Source: Antedon mediterranea (taxonomy: Eukaryota > Animalia > Echinodermata). From it: a stretch of DNA of 64,000 nt. The stretch spans positions 31,918,388-31,982,387 of the forward strand of contig NC_092670.1 in NCBI RefSeq assembly GCF_964355755.1, in the 5' to 3' direction. The notes beneath the pieces were generated by a model. The model was not told where the DNA came from and ran no database searches. It was given only the letters and a program-made list of their open reading frames with translations. A program made the translations under genes and the position numbers. Positions 38,583 through 52,000 of the stretch are shown one piece after another; within the stretch, counting starts at the first letter, position 1; each line of letters starts with the position of its first letter.

Positions 38583-39389
38583 TGTTATGCGCGATTTGAA
38601 CGATTTGCGCAATTTGAAATTGCGCAAAAAAATCCTTGCGCAATTTGAAATTGCGCAAAGAATTCTTGCGCAATTTAAAATTGCGCAAGGATTTTTTTGC
38701 GCAATTTCAAATTGCGCAATCAACTTGCGCAATTTCAAATTGCGCAAGAAATCTTTGCGCAATTTTAAATTGCGCTGCACAATTTGTAAATTGCGCAAGA
38801 TAGTTCTTGCGCAATATGACACCTTTGCGCAATTTGAAAACGAACTGTAAATTTTCCCATACATGGCTAGGCTAGGCCTAGGCAGAGGAGTTTAAAATTT
38901 AGTATTTTATTATATAGGGTAAATAAGACCATTTCAATGAAGATAATGTTAATACAGTACTCACTTTTTAAGTTTTTAATATTAGTTTAAGCTAGGCCAT
39001 GTAACCTAGTCAGTATCAGTAGTCCAGACCCTAGCTAGGCTAGAGTAGTATAGCCGGCCGCCCGCGCCGCGCCCGCCTGGTGGAACACCACCGCTTCGTT
39101 TTCCTTCGTCGGTTCTTCGACGGTATGCTAACTTATAACAATATTTGCACTACTAAAATAAGGAAATGCGATATTTATCTTTAATTTTGAATCATTCTTA
39201 GAAATTACTATAAAAATATGGGTGTGCATGATTTCACAATCTGTCGAAAAACCTTGCGCAATTTGCAGATTACTTGCGCAATTTAATACGTTGCTTGCGC
39301 AATTTGAAACACATGTTTCAATTCAAATTGCGCAAGGATTTTTTTTGCGCAATTTCAAATTGCGCAAATCGTTCAAATCGCGCATAACA
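38583..39389. mobile_element. Non-autonomous DNA transposon with TGT...ACA ends, TIRs of about 70 bp and a 4-bp TSD (Ginger-like)
   Basis: CATA|TGTTATGCGCGATTTGAACGATTTGCGCAATTTGAAATTGCGCAA ... TTGCGCAATTTCAAATTGCGCAAATCGTTCAAATCGCGCATAACA|CATA; about 20 TTGCGCAA palindromes. Confidence 0.8.
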
Positions 39390-39763
39390 CATATATAGTT
39401 ATAGGCCTAGCCTGCCTAGTCTAGACCCCATAATTATAATACTAATAATAGTCATATGTAATGAATGAAAGTAGGCCTAGATAATCTAGCATGCATTATT
39501 CTGTTTTCTTGTGCGAATGCACATATTATAAACTAAAATAAAAATGTTTTGTTTATTTTAAAATGTGATGCCTACAGTCTACAGACAGTAATCTACAGTT
39601 AAAAATGAATAGTGAAAGTAAAATTGATATGAAAGGATTTTGAAAAATTAAATAAACTAGGCCTAGGCCTAGAGTGTGTATTACTATCATATGAATCTGT
39701 CTAATGTAAATAACCAAAACACAAAAAAATTGCTTTAAATACTTAATTTCTAATAAAACTTAT

Positions 39764-39945
39764 TGTTCCAATGGTTTATTACTATGTCAGACATAGTAAT
39801 AAACCATTGGAACAGTTTACCAGCTGACGTTGTTAATTCTGAGACCACTAACACCTTCAAGAATCGCATCGACATAATGTAGTTGATATGGGGTTAAAAA
39901 GGCATTCGCCTAAACTTTCCCATTATAACTAAACTAAACTAAACT
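39764..39945 (+). mobile_element. Extreme 3' end of a CR1-type LINE with a 5' fold-back hairpin
   Basis: Translates IVINHWNSLPADVVNSETTNTFKNRID, then a short UTR and an (AAACT)n tail; perfect 25-bp inverted repeat at the 5' junction. Confidence 0.7.
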
Positions 39946-40199
39946 ATAGCATGACGCATCACACTTACAAAACAACTAGAAAAATACCATTCATCATTGT
40001 TTTCGGTATCGGTGGATGCAATCGGACTGAGTCAACGCACCCAAATGTTTTTTGTTGTTGTTTCCAATCGGGTTAAAACATAGCGAAATTTTTAATAAAT
40101 GGAATAACTTTGTAAAGTTGACTAGAAAGTATTTATAGAAGCGAACGAACAGGATATGCAACAAGCATTTTTTAAACAGTGACATCGAAAATTATTGTC

Positions 40200-40272
40200 A
40201 TGTTTCTGAAATTCAGAAAAACAGAATGTGCGGCCTCGGACAGCAGCATATCGAAGACGCCAGGTTGAAAGG
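40200..40272 (+). other. Possible non-coding first exon of LCMT2
   Basis: Locally CpG-richer segment ending in a GG|GTAAGA donor. The ATG-containing exon has a strong acceptor (T-run CAG, 42961), so an upstream exon is required. The start coordinate is approximate. Confidence 0.35.
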
Positions 40273-40585
40273 GTAAGATTTTATTCATTTTTATAAGCCC
40301 CTGGACAGTTGGCTACAGTACGTACGTTGTGGTAAAAACTAGCTTGATAGTGGGGCCATGTGCCTAGGTCTATAGTTGGCCCATATGTATTCATTGACCA
40401 AACATTTGGTTTAGTTTATGAAAATAATACAATATTTAAATTGAAATATTTTCTCCTGACCAGCAACAATTTTGGTAACACATTGAATGCCTCAGGCAAG
40501 GTTGGTGTAGCCTATCCTTTAATTATGGATGATGAAATATTTTGAATAGTTTACCTAGTTTATCTGTTTTTGTTAAAGCCATTAA

Positions 40586-41180
40586 GGGTATTTTCAGACT
40601 CACAGAGTTACGGTAGAGTTATGTAAGCGGCGTACATATTTTTGTGTCTGAACCATGTCTGTTACTCCGCGCCAGTGGCGTTAGTAACTCCAGCGGGAGA
40701 GGGTAGATTTCATAACGCTAATCCAGTGATGCATCAGTGATTTTAACCTTAACCAATGAAAATACACGACCACGATTAGCAGACAGCAACTATACATACC
40801 CGTACCCTATAAATACGACAGCGAAATAGCTATGTCAAATGTATTTTCAGGTTCAGATTTTAAAGAACAGTAAAGTTGGCGTCATTGATATGATATTTTC
40901 ATAAATTAAATCAATTAATCAGATAATTGTCCGTGTAACAATTACAATTTAAATTGATTTGAATTAAAATGCAATTCTACAAGTAGTAAGAACAAATCAG
41001 TAGGCCTATATTTGAAGGTAAACATTATATAAATAAAAAAAAAACAATGTAAACGATGTTAACTTTCAAGGCATTGGAATGTTTATCGTTGTGTCTGAAC
41101 ACTTTGGCTTTTAACGCCACGGATTACCGTACGCCTTGCATAGATAACTCCACCGTAACTCTGTGAGTCTGAACATACCC
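40586..41180. mobile_element. PIF/Harbinger-like MITE
   Basis: TIR of about 40 bp, GGGTAT(T/G)TTCAGACTCACAGAGTTACGGT(A/G)GAGTTAT, flanked by TAA and TTA. Confidence 0.78.
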
Positions 41181-43037
41181 TTATAAACTAATTGAATACA
41201 GATGTTGGTAAGGAAAATAAATGTTGTACATTTAATTTGGGCCCAAGGACAGTGTCTACAGTCAGCAGGTGCAGTATTTAAATGTAGAATCTATGTCATT
41301 TTTTTGTTTTTATTCAAAGTTTTGACCCATTAGTTTTTCAGCAATTTCTTACACATTTTAAACTCATATTTATATACAATTCTATATTTTTATAATACAA
41401 TTTTAGTCCTACACCAAAAACTAGACATGCTTTGAAAATAAATATCTTAATTTATCATTTTTTAATTATAGAAAGACGAATGCCCCAACTAATTTACCAG
41501 CTGAAGCAAAAACCATTTGTTCTACAAGGCTATGGTGTTATTATCAAGCATCTGGTCTTGGATCGCCATAATAGTAGTGTTGCTGCGTTTAAAAAAAAAA
41601 CCACAACGATCATTCACTACATTGATGTGATTGTGATGTGATATTTTCACAGAATCTATTTGCTATCATTATACAAATATATATGCTAATGAGTTTTAAC
41701 ATGGAGCATTTTTATTCTAATTAATTCATAATTTAACACCTTGCTTACTTCTTGAGAACGATATCAATTTTCTTGCATCTCTTCTAATAATACAGTTTCT
41801 ACACCTGTAGTAGAAAAATGAAGGGAAATGATTATGTCACTTTTTTAAATACAAAGCTGCCATACAAACCTAATAAATACTAATTATTAAATAAAATTAA
41901 AAGTAATGTTGTAAATAATTGATAAAAAGTTGGTAAACTTTTAATTAAGCTGTAAAAATAAAATGGTATGAATATCCTAATATTAATAAGACTCAGTTTA
42001 ACTTTAAAACACAAGGTAGCCAATAGATACAGAAGGCTACACCAGGTTGGTTACAGGCATATTTATATTGTATTATCAATTAACTAGCCTAGACCTAGTA
42101 ATATTATACAGCTACCTAAATATAGGCTACAACTTTAACTCCTCCTACTGTAGGAATAAAAACCAACAACACATGAATATACCTACCAATCTCGTCCTTT
42201 TCTCACATGTAAATTTTGTGGTAGGCTGCAAATCCCTGTGCTTTATCCTGATCCTGGTGGTCTGCGGCATCGCCAAGTAGGCCACCTTCTCCGTCTGCTG
42301 CACCATTAGGCATCCTTGGGTCGTCTTCAAATACTCCTCTCCAGGCAACGGTAACAAGATCATGCTCATCTTGGGATAATGTCGAGGATGTTAAGACAAA
42401 ATATCGCTATCCATTTAATGGATATTGGATAGTTATAGTAGAAATAAGGCCTATTGTGCTGAATCTATCTACCGATTGAAAATGTTAAATGGTGTCCATA
42501 CAACAACGAAAAGATGTCGAGAAAGTGTATCTCACGCATGCGTATTATCGGTTTGTGTACATAGCTTGTGGCTGAATGTTTTGCAGAAAATGAGTGTGAA
42601 AAACAAAATTAAAAATCAATTTAAAAAAAAGTAAAACAAACTGTCAAGCGGATAAGTAAATATCGAAATAGTTTTAGATTAACCCAAAAATTCTCTTCTG
42701 TACAAAAGTTTACACTTGTGACGTTATAGGCAGATTTGTTTTCCATTTCTTAGGGCTATTTTCTATACTTTATCATCATCTCCGAAATGTACTACTGTAT
42801 TACAGTCAACAGTATGTAACAGATTACTATACTATACGTGTAGAAAACATAAAATGAAACTTTTTGGAACCCTTTCATATCCTCTTTAATTCCATTTCAG
42901 TAGTATGTCTCCTAGACCTACAGTGTAGCCATCAGACTCTAATGTGTGTTTTTTTTTTCAGAACCTGTGAATAGGTCTAGAGAATATTGCCTCCAAAAGA
43001 ATTAAAAAAGTAAACAGTAAGGGAAACAAGATTCACA

Positions 43038-46000
43038 ATGCCTCAAGTTGCTCAAAAGACATCAAAATCAAGAAGCGATACTGCAGTATGTCATCACACC
43101 ATATGTTTTTTAAATTCTCTTTCTCAAATATTTTGAAGAAAGTTCAATTTTGTTTTGTTTTTGCTACTTTTTCTTGCTCTTGCTTTGGTCAATAGTATTT
43201 CTAAGAGCATGTTTGTTTGTAGTTACATATTATTCATATACTCAATATTGAAAAAATTTGAATTAGGCCCACGCCTACCAAGAACGAAATGGACCAGTAG
43301 AACTACTCTACGTACCCTACACTTCCAAAAGATGCACTGGGTTCTAATGTGTACACTGGACGTCCAGTTCTACCGCCAGAACTATAGGTGGGCAGAGTCT
43401 TGAATCTGTGCCACTTCCAGTATTATGTCTACTTGGTTTGTGGTGCCCTGCTTTAACCGCTCGTCAACTCCACTTTGAGTTGACTTTTGATCATTGATAG
43501 ACTTAGAACCAGGACATAATTGTGAGTAGCTGAGCGGTTATGACAGTGGAACTGTAATTCATAGCCATAACATCAGCAAGGGTTTGAGGCTCACTCGCTC
43601 CATGGTTCTGGTGGTAGAACAAGTCTTTTCTGACGGATTATAAACTATAGGTCCAGTGTACACATATTGCTCATGTGCACTTTAAAGAACCTACAGTAGT
43701 ACATCTTTCGAAACGTGTAGGGGGTTACCCCATTGTACAAGTTCACACACTGAGCCACTGTCGTGGCGTTGTACAGTACTGGCGCCGTAGTTGGCTGCCC
43801 GTGACACGACATGACCCTTTGGTCCACAAAATAATACTATATAAATGTCGCATTATATTATATAACTGTAAACATTTTTTTATACAGGTTCAAGGTACAA
43901 ATGACAGTAGCATTGTAAGCAAATGTTCAATGGTGAGCAGAGGTTATTTCCAGGATGAGTTTGTGGGTCACTTTGTTGCTAAGCAATCCAGAAGGTCATC
44001 TTTAATTAATAGGGGCTACTATGTTAGAGCCAAGGCCCTAGAGCATGTATTCAAGTCTTTCTTCATCTGGTGCAAAGGAAAAGAGAATCAGGTAAGCGAC
44101 AAATAGGTAACTATTCATAATTTGATCATAGCATAATCATGGTCATAAATTTGCAAAGTTATCATAAAATTCTACCATTGCCAATTGACCGAAAGATTAG
44201 TTTGACAAAAAAAGTGTGGTGTGCCCAAATATGGCAGTGATGTGACTTCATCGTGTCCATATATGGGCACATCGCATTTTTTTCTCACATAAAGTGTGAT
44301 AGTGTAGACAAAGCTTTAGATAGATGATCACTGATTATGTTTAAATAGTAGAGTATAACGCAAGTAATGAAAGGGAAACCATGATGATCCAATAAAGAAA
44401 AAATGTTGAATCATGGCTTCCCTTTCATTATTTCAATTAATTATTATACAATTTGTATAAGTGAAAATTTTGATTTGGCCGGAATGTAGCATGATTCAAT
44501 TGTACAAAATAAACAATTATTCATGCTCCTCTTTTCCCACTGTGGTTGATGCAACTGATTTTCGTTACTGTATCTAGATCTCCCAAGTATCATAGGAATA
44601 TTTGGTAAATCAATATCGCATGTGTTTCACATGTATCTCCTTGTATCATAAACTACTCATTTAACCTAACCTTACATTATACAGGCATCGCATGTTATAC
44701 AATTTAGGTGCTGTATTACCGAATACAGAATACATATGCTTAGCCTTTAGTAGTGCCCATATACACTCTTGGTTTAATGAGATTACCTCACTACTAACAC
44801 TCAATATAACCCCTAATTTTTAACCACATTGTTTATGTTCAGGTTATTTCTCTAGGTGCTGGATTTGACTCTGCATACTTCAGATTGAAATCGGAAGGAC
44901 TTTTGAAGGACACCCAGTTTGTCGAGGTTGACTTTCCAGACCTTGTTCGCAGAAAGGTCGCACTCATACACAACAATCCCAAATTAAATGGACTTCTTGA
45001 AGATGAGTTGAAGATTCCAGATAAAATTGAGAAACTAAAAGGTAATTTCAGAGTTATTCTTAGTGTAAATAAAGACTTGCATTTAAAATTTAGAATTTAA
45101 ACTATGGTACCGAATCACAGGGCATCATTTATAAGGAGCGCCTGCGCGACCGCGCTCCTCAACAGGCTTCGAGGAGAGCAATTTATCGCGCTCCTTAATT
45201 TTCAAAATAGAGCCTAGCTTTAGACAGTGTTGATTTTTCTGTCAAGAGGCCTAAAAACACGTGGATTTTTAAAAGTTAAAACCAATCTAGGCCTAGGCTA
45301 ATAATATATAAGCTAAGTTATAAAGCTACAAGCCTAATGGCAGTCCCTCGTTTTTAAGGATCGCGAGCGCGATCGCAATCAACAACCTTCGAAAAGGAGA
45401 GCAATTCATCGCGCTCCATCTCACAGTGCGAGGTACCAACAAAGGGGATTCCCCTGCCTGCGCGCATTCAAGGGCGAGTTTACTTCATCGCCTCATAGTG
45501 CAACCAGTACGGTGTCATAGAAACACCTCCTTTACAGGAAGATCATGTCCCAACCAATAATTTTTCCCTTTATGTTTTTATGGAACGAGTTAATAAAATA
45601 TATTTAATTTTAAAAGGAAACATTAATATAGGAGGCCTAAATATAATGTTTATTATTTAAAAAAGCTTAGCTGCTGGTTGCTTTAATTATGGCATTTTGA
45701 AGATGGATTATTTCTTCGAAAGTTCTAACCAATTTTGGTCACTCAAATCCTCATCAAAACACGTGCTGATGTGTGACGTCAGCATCTTCTAGAAGCTCTC
45801 TCAGCTGGCCCTCCCCTATTGTGCGTGCGCCCATGTGTGACACATGTAAACACGATCAAATATCTTTCTTAATTATTTTAAAATGACACTTTGTAACTTA
45901 TTATCAATATTTTAATGGCTGTTGCATGTTAGAATTGTATAATTTATGAATTGCAGGTAAATACTTTTCAGGTTTTCTGTCTGATTTCTAGGCCAACAAG

Positions 46001-49000
46001 CTAGGCTAGAAAAGCTAGGCTAAAGGCATATAGTTGGCCAGGACAGGATTCTCCAGGCTCCTGAAACCCAATCTACCCAGGCAGGCCATAAAAAAAAAAT
46101 TGGCTTGAGTTTTTTGTACTGTAGAATAATACGATCCCCACGGAAAATATTGTGTGTAAAGGTGGGTGTGGGGGATTTTAGGGGAGAGGTACAGTATACA
46201 TTTGTTGTGCCCGGGGGGGGGGGGGTATCCCCTGTCGGGCAAAAAAATGTGTACAAAAAATTAATAAGGGCCAGCCATTTTTAATAAGGGCGACCATCTT
46301 TCAACTTCAACATAAATATTTGAGGAGAGCGATTTAAAATTTTTGCAAGGAGAGCGAATTGCTCTCCTCGGTGATTTGAGGAGAGCGATTTGTTGCTCTC
46401 CTGGGTTTTGCATACGTGATGCCCTGGAATCATATCAGATTTAGATCCCTCTTATGGAAATCTTTGACACAGTATAAAGGTATTTATACTGCTACCAATG
46501 CATTCTTAAACCATGGGGCATTACCACCTCTCCTCTCAGAATTCGCATTGTTAATTTATTTTTTTGGGTTTCTAACACCCCATTTAACTTACTCATGTTT
46601 GACCATGATACTGTTACTCTCTAGACTGTGTAATCAAACCTTATCAAGGCAATCACCACAGCCCAGAGCAGGCCTAAGACTACTGGAGAATTATTACTCA
46701 ATTGCCTACCCAGGGGCAGTCATAAATATGCAAAAATGAGATTGATAAAGTTGTCTTGCTTACTGAAAAATATTACCTTTTTTCTAGATGTGTGCCCTTT
46801 ATATTGCTCACCAGACTATCACATCATTGGTTGTGACTTAAAACAAGTAGCCAAGTTGACATCTTGTCTGGAGCATTGTGGCATAGATTGTCAACTTCCA
46901 ACTTTAGTATTATCAGAATGTGTCATCACTTACATGGGTGCAAAAAGGTGAGTTTTCTTAATATCGTATTACAACTTATGATAAGGACACATCTGTACAC
47001 AATAGCAAGGGCTGAAATGAACCAGTACACTAGGGTAATCTCTTAGGTTTTTTGAAGGATGCATGGGTTGTTTTATAGTGTACCCAAGCCAAATAATATG
47101 CATATTGGACCTCCTGTTTTAAGTCCATATCACAAATACCAATTGATGGTAGCATTCACCACTAAGGAAAGGCATGGTATTTTCGATGGAAAGGGTAAAG
47201 TTTAATAATAAATGAAAGTTTCAATGCCTACTGGCTGATTAAGAAGACCAATATTTATTATCAAAATGGTTGTCGCAAGGCTGGTTCGTTTTGGGAGATT
47301 CCATTGTCAATAGAAAATCATTAATTTTGTATAAACCCTGAATTGTTTTACTTTTTATAGTTCAAATCCAGCTATTCAATGGATTGCAGAATCATTTCCT
47401 CATGCTATGTTTGTAACATATGAGCAGATCTATCCCCATAATGCATTTGGTAAAGTAATGTAAGTACACTCCTAATATGGTCATGGTAACTATGACATTT
47501 CACCCTGTATTACTACTGTAAATAAAATGATTTGGTAATTCACCTATACCTCTTACATATCGCCTAGTATTAAGGGTCTTTCCGGTCAGTCACCAGCAAA
47601 TCAAATCGAACGTCAATGTTTCCTTTACAACCAGCTATGCACATATAGATTGGCTAATAGCCGTGTGGATCGTTGAGTATATGAAACTGTGACTTTCAAT
47701 TTGATTTGCCGATGCTGGACAGGAACCATTCCGGAACAGATGTGAAAGACCCTCAACTCCGGAATTTACACACATCAATACATACAAAAATACCAGATTC
47801 CCTGATGTATGTAAACTCTAGTTTTGCTAGGCGATGAAGTGAAGAATACAGAACAGATACATAACGTGTTTTTTATATTATGTTGTTTTACTGATAGCAT
47901 ATAGTTGTTTTTTCATAGGTGTAGCCATTTCAAAAAGATTGGTTCGCCATTGAAAAGTATAGAAAGGTATCCAACACCAGAACACCACAAACAGAGGTAT
48001 TGTACATTGGTAAGATAAACTGCTAAAGAATGCCAGTATTTCTTGTTCAGTTTGAAATCAAGATGTTAATTGTCGGAACATTAAGTTCTGATTTAATATG
48101 AATTCACTAAATTGTGTTCATATCCGAAAGCAATTGCCTATCTAATAAAGCCTACCAGTGGCTGGTGTAAAGATATACAACAATTATTAAATAACAAATA
48201 GCTAAAATTAAACTTACAAATTAAATTTACAGAGAGAAATGTCTTTTGTATATGGGTGTATAGTAGGCTGTTATTGATTACCAACATATATAACATTTAA
48301 CAGCACAGTATGGCTATAATGTTTTTTATACATTTGTGACTTATAAATAGAAAATTTATTATGTGATAGATTTTAATTTGTCGCATCATCCTTGATTTTC
48401 AATGCCGTGGATTAGCATACACCTTGTATTCAAATAGAAACATTAATGCTGTGAATTGAGTATGGTATTTACCATGCTAATTCCAGCATTATGGCTATTA
48501 ATAATTCATGCATTCGTTTTCTTTATTTAGGAGTGCTAAGCCAGGCACATTTTCCCAGCGTTGCTAATTCTTTTTTTTCTTCATAGGGATGGGCTAGCAG
48601 TGTATGTATTGATATGAATGAACTTTACTGCAATATTTTATCTCTAGAAGAAAAAAATAGAATTGAAGATTTAGAATTATTTGATGAATATGAGGCAAGT
48701 AATTTAATTAATTTAAAGTATGGAGTTAGGGTAGCTTAGTGGTTAGGACACTTGACTATCAAACAAAAAAAAGAGTTCAATTTTGTCTGCGAAGTACTAA
48801 GGGGGATAAGCCGGCTTGGAAATCAAATGGCCACAACACCACATAATACTAAGTGGTCAACTCATTACACTATATGAATGAATACAGGACTCACCTTTAT
48901 TTGGAAAAACATTTGGAAAAGAAAATTTATCTACATTTGTCCCTCTAACTTGCATAAGTAAAAAATATGTCTACATGTTTCAAAATCTGCGTGTGTTTAC

Positions 49001-52000
49001 AGTTTTTTGGGAGAATATGATTGGTTGGAAAGTTTAACATGTAACATTTTTATTTACAGGAGTTTCATGCTAAGTGTTCCCATTACATGATATGTTGTGC
49101 ATTCAATGGATCTTGTCAGGAGCTCAAGTCACAAATTAAATCAGGTTTGTACCTTTTGTATTCTGTTCTTCAAAAATGTAAAACCCAAAATGAATCGGTT
49201 ATTATATTACCTGAGATATTCCCATTTTATGAGGCATAAAATAGAAGGTTCGTAATTAAGAAATGTGTAAATAAGAAGGTTGACTGTACAGTACTGTATA
49301 AAAAATAGTTATTATTTATTTTTCAAACGTGTCAATTTTTAAAATTAAAATTATATTATTTTTTCAAAGAAAATTCATTAAGCAATAAAGAAGAAGTAAA
49401 TTATGAAACACCGTCCATACCTAGTTCAATCTATCCGTGTACTCCAGAGGGAGCAGTCAAACGATATGGCCACACAAGTTCATTTGTAGATGCAACTAAA
49501 ATTGTCATTTCTGGTGGGTTTGGAGTTACATCTAGCGGTCATACAAAGGTATCACAAGTCCATGTCTTGGACACTGAATCCAGAAACCTTACAGAGATTG
49601 AATGTGAAGATGCAGATGCAATAGGTTTGTATGTTTATTTTTGTTTGCAAGACATGCAATTATTTGTGGTTATCTAATCAGTTGCATACTATGAAAATAT
49701 GAAACTAGCTTGCAGTTATCCTAACCCGTGACTAACAATAAGTTAATGATGTATTGCCCCTCCCCCCCCAAAAAAAAAAAAAAACATGAAAAATGAAGAT
49801 TAACTAAATTTGAACTCGTCACTACGGACGAGTTAGGTTATCCGCAGCGCAAAAGCCACGTGCACGTCATACGTTAGAATATTGCGCGCAAAATAGATGA
49901 GTGGAAATAGATGAAAAATAGGCGTTGAGTCAAACAAATTGCAACAGTTTGTTTTTTTGCTGAAATATGCTCAACTATATGTAGATATTATCATATCCAA
50001 AATCTACCCTGATCTGCCCATTATAAATTACCTAATTTGCATAAAATCAAAATGGCTGCCATTTTACAACTTTGATCCCAATTATCTCTTAAACCATAAA
50101 GAATTTGGTATAAGAATGTATTGAACACAAATATAAACATGACCCCAAAGATTCAGAATAATATATTTGATTTGTCTTTGGGGTCAAGGTCAAAGGTCAT
50201 TCCAGTTTGACATCTAAATTATGCTAATTATCTCTTAATCCATTTGGTATTTTGAATAAGAATGTATAAGTACAAATATAAACATGACCCTTAAGATTCA
50301 GAATAGCACATTTGATTTTTCATCTTACCCTGGGGTCACTGGGTCAAAGGTCACAATATAAAAAAATTCAAATTATCCTTTAAATCAATTTGCACAGTAG
50401 TCTTACTACTACTAAAAGCATAGCATATACAGTACAGACATTGCAGCAGATTGATGTCTGCACACTGCGCCCACACCCCTCCCACCCAGAGATTACTAGG
50501 TCAATTTTGAAAAAATTGTTTATTTATAAATATTATAACTACTAAATTTACATAGTATCAGTAGGTCATTTACTTTATACCATACAGTATAGCTTATTTT
50601 GACATTTACTTTTACATTTAGGCATACCTACTTTAGTAGACCTACGAAGCTTTATAACCTTACATTTCTGAAACATTGGTCACAAAAATGTCTAAATAAT
50701 TCTTGGGTCGGACTCGATCGTCAATGGAGTTACTTTTTAAGATGTTTTTGCCATACTCTGGACAATTCTCGCTTCACTGAGAATTCAGTAAAATTACGTC
50801 AGAGTAGACCAATAAACTTAGCTTTCTGATTTAGTAATTTAAATTATCATCTATAATTTTTTTTTAAATCAAATTATCTACAATTAAACTAAGCAACAAC
50901 AGTTGCAAAGAACTAGTTTTGTTAAAGTATACTTTAGTAAGTATCACAATGACTTACTGTCTTACTGTATTCATTACTGTCTTACTGTATTCATTACTGT
51001 CTTACTGTATTCATTACTGTCTTACTGTATTCATTACTGTCTTACTGTATTCATTACTGTCTTACTGTATTCATTACTGTCTTACTGTATTCATTACTGT
51101 CTTACTGTATTCATTACTGTCTTACTGTATTCATTACTGTCTTACTGTATTCATTACTGTCTTACTGTATTCATTACTGTCTTACTGTATTCATTACTGT
51201 CTTACTGTATTCATTACTGTCTTACTGTATTCATTACTGTCTTACTGTATTCATTACTGTCTTACTGTATTCATTACTGTCTTACTGTATTCATTACTGT
51301 CTTACTGTATTCATTACATTCTCGATTGAAGCATCATTTTGCTAATAAAAGTATTAGTAAATACTGTTACTTAATCCTAATATATACTGATACTTTAAAA
51401 TGTTTGTTTAGATAAATTTTAACATACACAAAGGGTATTTAAATATGAATACAAACTACACTTGTTTTTAATGGCTGGATTTTTTTTAATTTTCATCCAT
51501 CTCAAACTTTAGGGTGTTACGAAAGATTCTATTTTTTTTAATGTATCTTTATATTATTTTCTGTATTTGTGTCATTTGAGAGCAGAGGACTCGTTCTTAT
51601 ACTAAAGTAAACTATAGACACTTCGAAAGATTTTTAGTTCACAAAGTCTCTGTATTCTTAATACACAGAATATGTCATCTTTCACTACTGCACCCACTTT
51701 GGTTAGTACAACTTAAAAGGGTCAGATTTTACTGTTTCAAGTGGTCGGTTACTGTTTGAACCACATGACCTCCATTTTCACAGTTACAAATTTTGTAAGG
51801 GTAAAGGTGTTTCGACACTTTCCCATAATTTAAGTTTAAACACTTCACACAACCAGCCAGGATTGACAGTTTTTGTGTGACATATTTTAGCATAGTGTAC
51901 TATAATCTAAAAAATAAACCAAATATAATAAATGTAATTCCTTACAATTAAAACACCTTTCCTAATAGTCTGATCCTTGAAGTTAACTCAAATGAGCTTT

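Noticed and set aside
38451-38864. ORFs with LRNLKLRK repeats on both strands
   Set aside because: Arise from the TTGCGCAA palindrome array of the MITE.
42145-42420. GC-richer segment with a 74-aa minus-strand ORF
   Set aside because: No recognisable domain or consistent splice sites; probably a decayed transposon piece in the LCMT2 5' intron.
50903-51415. ORFs of 170 and 136 aa with repeating YCLTVFITVLLYSLLS
   Set aside because: Translation of a perfect 20-bp tandem repeat inside an LCMT2 intron.
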